From the IMG/VR virus record IMGVR_UViG_3300022902_000008: DNA of 64,000 nucleotides; one strand, written 5' to 3'. The position numbers and the translations under genes were made by a program. This stretch comes from a virus. This document shows positions 57,273 through 63,834 of this stretch, piece after piece (positions within the stretch are counted from its first letter, which is position 1; each line of letters starts with the position of its first letter). The notes under the pieces are model-generated. The model saw nothing but the letters and a program-made list of their open reading frames with translations. It did not search any database and had not been told where the DNA came from.

Positions 57273-57622
57273 TGTTCCTTAATTACCAAGTATGTATTGT
57301 TTGTTGTTTTCATGAATCTTATTTTATTTTTCCCCCCCATTATTATTATTGGCCCTGTATATTGATCTGATATCAGGAAGTTATTATTGTGCAGTTTTCC
57401 TTTGATGTGACTATAATGTTGATCATTGAGAAACCATTCTTTATATCCATCAAAACAATCATATGCAGGACCATTTTCACGATGACGTTCTCCACTTAGA
57501 TACCATATTTTTGTTCCGTTGGAATGTTCAATAGCAGGCCCATCAGTTCGATGACACTCTCCATTTAGATACCATCGTTTTGATCCATCAGGATATTCTT
57601 TCATTATTGGCTTGTTGCTCAT
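57269..57622 (-). CDS. HRxDGPA repeat protein, copy 3
   Basis: MSNKPIM..HRTDGPA..HRENGPA; conserved tail. Confidence 0.85.
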   Translation of the reverse strand: MSNKPIMKEYPDGSKRWYLNGECHRTDGPAIEHSNGTKIWYLSGERHRENGPAYDCFDGYKEWFLNDQHYSHIKGKLHNNNFLISDQYTGPIIIMGGKNKIRFMKTTNNTYLVIKEQ

Positions 57623-57646
57623 GATTCCTCCCTTTCAACTGACAAC

Positions 57647-57677
57647 AATATACCACAACAAGGTTGATTTGTTAACC
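57647..57677 (-). promoter_or_regulatory. GGTTAACA-class promoter
   Basis: Reverse complement TTAACA-N17-TATATT. Confidence 0.85.
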
Positions 57678-57910
57678 AAATTAGGCATTTATTTTCTTTT
57701 TTATTGATGGTTTTTATATAAGCCAAAAAGCGTGCCAAAAAGTTATATAACTTGGGTTTTTTTTGTACTTTTTGCTCCTATTGATTTAAGGTATTGCAAG
57801 TGGAATTCTATATATTTTTGTTTCAATTTCCTATAGGGGGATAAGAAACATTTTAGTTAATTTTCTAATTGTGTTATACTGACATAAATGGGGTAGAAAT
57901 AATCATTGAT

Positions 57911-58111
57911 TTACGGGCTTATATGGTAAGCGGAAGAGAAGGTTGAGACAGGAAAGTGTACACAACTAGTTGTTGGTGTTAATCCTGGCCAAATTACTTT
58001 ATAATAAATTGGTTTAGATTTTTTATAAATATAGCCAATAACAATTATTGGTCCAACATAGTTTTTATGGGTAATCCACACAACATTATTTATTTTATAT
58101 TCTGGTTTCAT
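57911..58111 (-). CDS. SH3/KOW-like paralogue family protein
   Basis: EYKINNVVWIT..YVGPIIV...WPGL. Confidence 0.7.
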   Translation of the reverse strand: MKPEYKINNVVWITHKNYVGPIIVIGYIYKKSKPIYYKVIWPGLTPTTSCVHFPVSTFSSAYHISP

Positions 58112-58115
58112 ATAG

Positions 58116-58349
58116 TTATTTTATGTCACAAAACAAATAATGTTTATGCATAGGCAAGTGTACATATCTAATTGATGATTTTAATCCTGGCCAAGTTAGT
58201 TTATAGTATTGCAGTTCTATATCTTGATCATCAAAATATGGTTTGTGTGTGGTATAGCCAACAATAATAGCTAGTCCTTTATATGGTGGGTATTGATCAT
58301 AGTTAATCCATATTACATCTCCAGGTTTATATTCTAGTTTTGGTTTCAT
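58116..58349 (-). CDS. SH3/KOW-like paralogue family protein
   Basis: EYKPGDVIWIN..YKGLAII...WPGL. Confidence 0.75.
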   Translation of the reverse strand: MKPKLEYKPGDVIWINYDQYPPYKGLAIIVGYTTHKPYFDDQDIELQYYKLTWPGLKSSIRYVHLPMHKHYLFCDIK

Positions 58350-58549
58350 GTAGTTACTTCTCCTTTTATATGGTGGTTGCCTATGCACCAACAATCTGAA
58401 TCCATTGTTTTTATATCATAAGCGCCATATGGTAAAACATTTGTTATTATTGCAATACCATAATATTTATATCTAATTGGATTTATTGGTGATTGAACAT
58501 GTATCCATATGGCATCACCTATTTTATATTTTGGTTTGTTGTTATTCAT
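58346..58549 (-). CDS. SH3/KOW-like paralogue family protein
   Basis: KPKYKIGDAIWIH...YYGIAII. Confidence 0.75.
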   Translation of the reverse strand: MNNNKPKYKIGDAIWIHVQSPINPIRYKYYGIAIITNVLPYGAYDIKTMDSDCWCIGNHHIKGEVTT

Positions 58550-58968
58550 TGTTCCTCAATTACCAAATATTTATTGTTTATTGTTCTCATGAACTTTATT
58601 TTATTTTTTCCTCCCATTATTATTACTGGACCTGTATACTGATCTGATACTAAGAAATTGTTGTTGTGCAGCTTCCCTTTGATATGATAATAAAGTATGT
58701 CATTTAGATACCATACAAATGTTCCATCAGAATATTCAACAGCAGGACCATCTTCTCTATGATGGTTCCCATTTAGATACCATGATTTTGTTCCATCAGG
58801 ATATTCAACAGCAGGACCATCAATTCGATGATGCTTTCCATTTAACCACCATTCTTTATGGCCATTAGAATCTTCAACAGCAGGGCCATCAGTTCGATGA
58901 AAATAGCCATTTAGGTGCCATGATTTTGTTCCATTAGGATGTTCTGTCATTATTGGCTTGTTGCTCAT
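58546..58968 (-). CDS. HRxDGPA repeat protein, copy 4 (three repeats)
   Basis: HRTDGPA, HRIDGPA, HREDGPA; conserved tail. Confidence 0.85.
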   Translation of the reverse strand: MSNKPIMTEHPNGTKSWHLNGYFHRTDGPAVEDSNGHKEWWLNGKHHRIDGPAVEYPDGTKSWYLNGNHHREDGPAVEYSDGTFVWYLNDILYYHIKGKLHNNNFLVSDQYTGPVIIMGGKNKIKFMRTINNKYLVIEEQ

Positions 58969-58992
58969 GATTCCTCCCTTTCAACTGACAAC

Positions 58993-59023
58993 AATATACC
59001 ACAACCAACTTCATTTGTTAACC
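58993..59023 (-). promoter_or_regulatory. GGTTAACA-class promoter (divergent pair, leftward)
   Basis: Reverse complement TTAACA-N17-TATATT. Confidence 0.85.
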
Positions 59024-59063
59024 TATTTCAAGAAATATTTTATTAAAAAAAGTTTATTTATGG

Positions 59064-59094
59064 GGTTAACAAACGGGATAGTTTGTGGTATAAG
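59064..59094 (+). promoter_or_regulatory. GGTTAACA-class promoter (divergent pair, rightward)
   Basis: TTAACA-N17-TATAAG, TGTG extension. Confidence 0.8.
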
Positions 59095-59119
59095 GGTGTT
59101 GAAGGAGGGAGAAAATAAA

Positions 59120-59374
59120 ATGAGCCAACCAAAATATAAGTTAGGAGACATAGTTTGGGTTAAAACGGATAATACTAATTATCCTGAAGATCTTACTGAT
59201 CATAACAATAACAATAAGATATATTATCAATTAGCAAGGATACAAAATTGGTATTTAAGGGAAAAGGAAGTTTCAGATAAATCTTTTACTATATATACAG
59301 TTAAATATTGTTGCAATACTTTTTTGTTGAACAATGTTTCAGAGATGGAAATACTGAGGAAGGAGGACATTTAA
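59120..59374 (+). CDS. SH3/KOW-like paralogue family protein
   Basis: PKYKLGDIVWVK...VSEMEI; AAGGAGG RBS. Confidence 0.75.
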   Translation: MSQPKYKLGDIVWVKTDNTNYPEDLTDHNNNNKIYYQLARIQNWYLREKEVSDKSFTIYTVKYCCNTFLLNNVSEMEILRKEDI

Positions 59375-59638
59375 ATGCTAACACAGAAGATTTTTAATCC
59401 TGTTGATTATTATTTTGAATGGACTGATGATGGATGGTATGAGTGGGATCGAAGGGCGGCTCACACAATGGCTCTTAAGGATCGGAACAAGAAAGTAAGG
59501 GAGCTAAGAGGGAAAGGACACAAGGTTTCAGTCTTCAGTCTTTCAGGCCAGTTAATTACAAAGGGTGGAATTGGAACTGGGAAGCCTCAAGTAGAGTTTG
59601 TTGTTAATTGTTATGGTTACAATATGTGGGGAAAATAA
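59375..59638 (+). CDS. Hypothetical protein
   Basis: AAGGAGG RBS. Confidence 0.65.
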   Translation: MLTQKIFNPVDYYFEWTDDGWYEWDRRAAHTMALKDRNKKVRELRGKGHKVSVFSLSGQLITKGGIGTGKPQVEFVVNCYGYNMWGK

Positions 59639-59639
59639 A

Positions 59640-59990
59640 ATGATTATTAATGGAAAAGAGTATCCAACAGTGTACCCAACTAAGGAAGATGTTGTTTATA
59701 ATTATAAGGTGGGTGACATTATTTATTTTAAGGTATTAAATGACAGTATTTATATTGAAGTGGTTAACCTTGTTAATGATAAGATATTATCTCCTGGCAG
59801 AAGAATTAGTAGAGAAGGAGATTTTTATGTTTTAGATTCTCCTCGTTGTCTCATAGGTATAATTGATTTTTGTGATTATGTTAATGAATGTGATTATTAT
59901 TATCCTGTTTACACTGTTGTTACGCTTAATGATAAGCAATCAATCAATGTTTCAGAATTAGAGATTGTAGAAAGGGTTGAGGCTTCATGA
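59640..59990 (+). CDS. SH3/KOW-like paralogue family protein
   Basis: YKVGDIIYFK...VSELEI. Confidence 0.7.
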   Translation: MIINGKEYPTVYPTKEDVVYNYKVGDIIYFKVLNDSIYIEVVNLVNDKILSPGRRISREGDFYVLDSPRCLIGIIDFCDYVNECDYYYPVYTVVTLNDKQSINVSELEIVERVEAS

Positions 59991-60373
59991 ACAACAAGCC
60001 AACAATGACAGAACATTCTAATGGAACAAAACATTGGCTTTTAAATGAAAAACTTCATCGAGAAGATGGTCCTGCAATAGTTCGGCCTAATGGAACAAAG
60101 GCATGGTATCTAAATGGAAAACGTCATCGAGAAGATGGGCCTGCTATTGAAAGTCTATATAAAAGAAAAGAATGGTGGTTGAATGGAAAGTGTTATTGTG
60201 ATATTATCAAAGGAAAGTTGCATAACAACAATTTCCTGGTATCAGATCGATATATAGGACTAGTAATAATAATGGGGGGAAAAGAAAGAGTAAGGTTCAT
60301 GAAGACAACAAACAACAAATATTTTGTAATTGAGGAAAATAATACTTCAGAAGTGGTTAACAAACAGGGTTGA
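59987..60373 (+). CDS. HREDGPA repeat protein, copy 5
   Basis: MNNKPTM; two HREDGPA repeats; conserved tail. Confidence 0.85.
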   Translation: MNNKPTMTEHSNGTKHWLLNEKLHREDGPAIVRPNGTKAWYLNGKRHREDGPAIESLYKRKEWWLNGKCYCDIIKGKLHNNNFLVSDRYIGLVIIMGGKERVRFMKTTNNKYFVIEENNTSEVVNKQG

Positions 60374-60385
60374 TTGTGTTATAGT
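60355..60385 (+). promoter_or_regulatory. GGTTAACA-class promoter followed by boxA (60411)
   Basis: TTAACA-N17-TATAGT; GTTCTTTGACAAT downstream. Confidence 0.85.
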
Positions 60386-60473
60386 GGTTTCAGAGATTGA
60401 CAGAAAGAGAGTTCTTTGACAATAAGGGGGGAAAGAAAAAGAGACAAAAAAAATAAAATTAATTTCAAAAAGT

Positions 60474-60504
60474 GGTTAACAGAATGGTCAAAGTGTGTTA
60501 TAGT
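60474..60504 (+). promoter_or_regulatory. GGTTAACA-class promoter followed by a mini-hairpin and boxA (60529)
   Basis: TTAACA-N17-TATAGT; acgg-agg-ccgt then CGCTCATTGATAA. Confidence 0.85.
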
Positions 60505-60665
60505 GGTTTTGTTGATAACGGAGGCCGTCGCTCATTGATAATTTAAAAACGTTAATAATAAAACAAAGAAGGAGGGATATTTATTTTGATTGTTTAAAAT
60601 TTTATTATAAAGACTTGACAGACTTGGTATTAGCATTATATTAAACAGAAGGGAAACATTAGATG

Positions 60666-60920
60666 AATAGAATTCGAGATCAGACTTAAAAGGTAAATTA
60701 TATTTAAATTTAATTAGATGTTTGATTTGATTGTTAGTTGTTTGATAATAAAATATATAAATAATAATTTAAAATAAAAGGTTAAAACATAATGATTAAT
60801 AATAGAATTCGAGATGGCCCTTGACAATAAATAAACCGAAAGTTTGATTATATAAAATTTAGCATGGAGAAAATAAATTAATGAGTAATATTAGAATTAG
60901 AGATGTGCCTTGACAATAAA
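60666..60920 (+). repeat. Three spaced TAGAATT(C/A)GAGAT repeats, two followed by CCTTGACAATAAA
   Basis: Copies at about 60666, 60801 and 60892 in AT-rich non-coding DNA. Confidence 0.75.
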
Positions 60921-60927
60921 ATAAAAG

Positions 60928-61147
60928 TTCTTGGTTGGCTGTAATAGTAAAGTGAGCATGTGTTCATGACACCAACAAGAAGATCCTCTATGTGTTGTTC
61001 ATTGTTAATGTATTATTGTCACTGTTTTTCTGAAAATTTAGGGGAGTTTTTAGAAGTGACAAAAGTGATGTCAATAGCTTTCCTCCTTTCGTTATTGACA
61101 TCTAGTTCTTATCAGGGGCCAACGTTCATTGTTGGCCCTTTTTTTTA
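60928..61147 (+). ncRNA. Candidate structured small RNA with anti-Shine-Dalgarno loop
   Basis: Four consecutive hairpins with G-U pairs favouring the + strand; loop UUUCCUCCUUUC; ends at an intrinsic terminator. Confidence 0.55.
61115..61147 (+). terminator. Intrinsic terminator
   Basis: gggccaac...gttggccc followed by T8. Confidence 0.85.
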
Positions 61148-61182
61148 TAAGGGAGATAAAAATAAAATTAATCTTCAAAAAT

Positions 61183-61213
61183 GGTTAACAAGCAGAGTTG
61201 TTTATGATATAGT
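61183..61213 (+). promoter_or_regulatory. GGTTAACA-class promoter
   Basis: TTAACA-N17-TATAGT; A-tract UP element. Confidence 0.85.
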
Positions 61214-61250
61214 GTGGTTATGTTCAGTTGATAACAACAAAAGGGAGGTC

Positions 61251-61400
61251 ATGATGATTGGAAAGGAAGTAAGGGCAATTGTGGGTTCTTCATTTACTTC
61301 TTATCGATCTGTGATGGTTGATCGTGCAACGAAGGGAAAGGTCAAACTAACCTTCCAGTATGTGAGTACGTTTGGCAAGGATAAAAGGGGAGAGGAATAA
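61251..61400 (+). CDS. Small early protein (49 aa)
   Basis: GGGAGG RBS; has its own promoter; the upstream part of the 60960 ORF is not supported. Confidence 0.6.
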   Translation: MMIGKEVRAIVGSSFTSYRSVMVDRATKGKVKLTFQYVSTFGKDKRGEE

Positions 61401-61423
61401 AAAATAAAAAACTTTCAAAAAGT

Positions 61424-61454
61424 GGTTAACAAACAAAGTTGTTTATGATATAGT
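61424..61454 (+). promoter_or_regulatory. GGTTAACA-class promoter
   Basis: TTAACA-N17-TATAGT. Confidence 0.85.
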
Positions 61455-61500
61455 GTGGTTATGTTCGGTTGCAGTTGACAACAACAAGAAGGAGAAACCG

Positions 61501-61773
61501 ATGGAAAGCATAACTGAGAAAGAGAGGAAAGTTCTTCAGGGTATTATTACTAATGATTTTCAGGATGCCGCAACTGGAACTGAGGCTGTGATTATGAATG
61601 ATATTTGGGTTGATTGCCTGGAAGATTCCACAGGAGATATTCGGGGAAAAATTTTGTCTGGTGTGGTTTCTAGCCTTTCTAAAAAAGGCCTTGTCTGGAC
61701 TGATGGGGAAGGTATCGCAATAACTAAGGAGGGATGGACCGTTCTGAACTCAACGAATAGCGAAGAGGAATAA
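61501..61773 (+). CDS. Small winged-helix-like early protein
   Basis: ITEKERKVL...SGVVSSLSKKGLV...ITKEG; AAGGAG RBS. Confidence 0.65.
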   Translation: MESITEKERKVLQGIITNDFQDAATGTEAVIMNDIWVDCLEDSTGDIRGKILSGVVSSLSKKGLVWTDGEGIAITKEGWTVLNSTNSEEE

Positions 61774-61796
61774 AAAATAAAAAACTTTCAAAAAGT

Positions 61797-61827
61797 GGTT
61801 AACAAACAGGAGGAAGTGTGATATAAA
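61797..61827 (+). promoter_or_regulatory. GGTTAACA-class promoter
   Basis: TTAACA-N17-TATAAA. Confidence 0.85.
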
Positions 61828-61884
61828 GGTTTCGAAATAAAGGTTGGTAAGTTTAAATTCTAGACGGTTAAAAGGAGGTTTATT

Positions 61885-63030
61885 GTGGCAAAGCTTAACG
61901 TAAAATCAGCACTGAAGGTTCTTGATAATCTGCCGAAAGAGCAGGCCGTTCTCGTTGATGGCCCTCATGGTATTGGCAAGAGTACTATCTTTAGAGATCT
62001 TGCAAAGAAGAGAAATGCACATTTTATCGATATGCGGCTCTCACAGGTTGAGTATGTAGATCTGATTGGTATGCCTCAGTCTGTTAATGGAGAAATGATC
62101 TACTCGTCCCCTTGGTGGCGACGGGAGATTGAGGCATGTGCAGAGAGAGGACAGAACGTTGTTCTCCTTCTTGATGAGATTAACCGTGCTCATCGTGATG
62201 TTCTCCAGTCAGTGTTTCAGTTGATTCTGGATCGTCGTATCCAGGATTGGGCACTTCCATCCAACGTTGACGTGTGGGTGTATGGTGCAGTCAACATGGG
62301 TGATGACTATGACGTGTCTATGATGGACCCTGCACTGTTGGATCGTTTCTATCGGTTTACCCTTGAGCCATCACCGGCAGAGTGGCTGAGGTGGTCAAAG
62401 AGCGTTGGTATCCATCGTGCAATTCACATGTTCATTGAAAAGAACCATAACTATTTGTATTTCACTGGCACGCCTGAAGAGGGCCGGATTTATCCTTCTC
62501 CTCGTTCATGGGCTATGCTTTCTAATTGTATGAATCTAAACAAAAAACTTGTTGACGATCATCATGCTCTTACTCTTCTCTCAATGGGTTTTGTTGGTGA
62601 AGAAGGGGCAACTAGGTTTGTTGACTTTGTAAAGAAGGAGTTTAATCAAATGACAGCAAAAGACATTCTTGAAAAATGGAAGGACCGGGGGCAGGATATT
62701 ACTGAACTGGTAACTGATGATGTGGTTGAGGCTTCAACTCTCATGGATCAGTGCATTGAGTTTTTCCGTGCAAAGGGAGAGGATGGGGTTAAGCCTCGTC
62801 ACATTAAGAACTTTACTGAGTATATGTTGATTGTCCCACTGGATGTGATCAACTATGCATGGCAGGCTCTCCAGGAGTACACTGAGGATGGTGGTGACGT
62901 AAAGAACATCAACTTTGTGGCCTCAAAGCTTGGTGATGATGAGCGGATCAGGACTAGGGTGGTGGAAGCCAATAGCGAGTGGATCAGGGAAGAGCAGGAG
63001 AAAGTAAAGAAGGGTGCCGAGGGCGAATAA
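61885..63030 (+). CDS. MoxR-like AAA+ ATPase
   Basis: GPHGIGKS, DMRLSQ..DLIGMP, LLDEINRA, MDPALLDRF, PSPRSW. Confidence 0.9.
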   Translation: MAKLNVKSALKVLDNLPKEQAVLVDGPHGIGKSTIFRDLAKKRNAHFIDMRLSQVEYVDLIGMPQSVNGEMIYSSPWWRREIEACAERGQNVVLLLDEINRAHRDVLQSVFQLILDRRIQDWALPSNVDVWVYGAVNMGDDYDVSMMDPALLDRFYRFTLEPSPAEWLRWSKSVGIHRAIHMFIEKNHNYLYFTGTPEEGRIYPSPRSWAMLSNCMNLNKKLVDDHHALTLLSMGFVGEEGATRFVDFVKKEFNQMTAKDILEKWKDRGQDITELVTDDVVEASTLMDQCIEFFRAKGEDGVKPRHIKNFTEYMLIVPLDVINYAWQALQEYTEDGGDVKNINFVASKLGDDERIRTRVVEANSEWIREEQEKVKKGAEGE

Positions 63031-63047
63031 ACAACAAGCAGTTCTTT

Positions 63048-63078
63048 GGGGGGCGCAATGCCCCCTTACTTATTTCTT
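63048..63078 (+). terminator. Intrinsic terminator after the MoxR gene
   Basis: gggggc-gcaat-gccccc followed by a T-rich tail. Confidence 0.7.
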
Positions 63079-63109
63079 TGGTAATAACAATCAACAATGA
63101 GGTTGTCTT

Positions 63110-63634
63110 ATGGGAAGACTAAAAGGTACAATTAACAAAAAGACTCTTGCAAAGAAAGCAATTGCATATTCTTTAGGGGACATAAAAAAGCTTTCAGAAA
63201 GCATATTGAATAAAATGTATCGCAATAATATTATTGATGAGAACACAGACAAGCCAACCAGTGATTGTTATAAGTTAATGTCACTTGAAGAATATAAGAA
63301 TATTAAATCAGGCAAGAAGAAGAAAAAGCAACAAGAGGCAACGGAAACAACAAACATCACAAAGTACTTCTTTTATAAAACAAGCAATCTAAAGAAGTTT
63401 GGCACAAAAAAATATATTTGGAAAATGGTTGATCGAGACTATGGACTTCAGGTTCATGGCATCAATGAGATAGAAGCAAAGTTATTTGCAAAGCATATTA
63501 ATTGCATAATATACGCTGAAGAGCTTATGGGTAATAAAAAAGAAAAGTTTTATTGTTTCAAAAAACAGTATTCAAATATGATATCAGCAAGAAAGTGGGC
63601 GAAGCAATCAGGCTTTGAGTTTATAAAGGAGTGA
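63110..63634 (+). CDS. Basic hypothetical protein (N-terminal GRxKGxxNK DNA-binding-like motif)
   Basis: MGRLKGTINKKT; GAGG RBS. Confidence 0.55.
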   Translation: MGRLKGTINKKTLAKKAIAYSLGDIKKLSESILNKMYRNNIIDENTDKPTSDCYKLMSLEEYKNIKSGKKKKKQQEATETTNITKYFFYKTSNLKKFGTKKYIWKMVDRDYGLQVHGINEIEAKLFAKHINCIIYAEELMGNKKEKFYCFKKQYSNMISARKWAKQSGFEFIKE

Positions 63635-63834
63635 GACAACAAGCAACAAACACTTGGTAATATCTAAACCTAAAAAACGATCTAACAATTAAGGCCCATT
63701 GACATCAATACCCTTGACAATCAATTTATTTTACAATCAAATGTCGGAAACTAGTTTATAGACAGCAAAATCCATGCTACCATTAAAAACAACTTAACAG
63801 ACACAGCAACCCAGGGGGTAGACAAAAAAACATT

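Larger units (their letters stand above)
57601..59005. repeat. 59-bp identical promoter/RBS/start segment (57601-57659 and 58947-59005)
   Basis: tcattattggcttgttgctcatgattcctccctttcaactgacaacaatataccacaac occurs twice; a near-identical leader lies at 14163-14199. Confidence 0.9.
61391..61808. repeat. 45-bp perfect direct repeat (61391-61435, 61764-61808) containing stop codon, UP element and -35
   Basis: agaggaataaaaaataaaaaactttcaaaaagtggttaacaaaca occurs twice. Confidence 0.9.

Noticed and set aside
56666-57365. Plus-strand ORFs 56666, 56914 and 57177
   Set aside because: They are low-complexity or antisense to supported minus-strand genes, and they overlap regulatory motifs.
14200-60373. 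Diversity-generating retroelement acting on the HREDGPA genes
   Set aside because: No reverse transcriptase in the window. Differences among copies include many synonymous and non-adenine changes, and no non-coding template repeat is evident.
60988-61074. 28-aa minus-strand ORF (TTG start) behind AAGGAGG as a type I toxin
   Set aside because: The peptide is not hydrophobic, no minus-strand promoter is evident, and G-U pairs and the terminator favour a + strand RNA. It cannot be fully excluded.
60960-61250. 5' part of the 146-aa ORF 60960..61400
   Set aside because: It runs through RNA hairpins, a terminator and a promoter; the real start is likely 61251 after GGGAGG.
60600-61830. CRISPR array
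   Set aside because: Repeats are few and irregularly spaced (about 90-370 nt), contain promoter motifs, and no cas genes are present.
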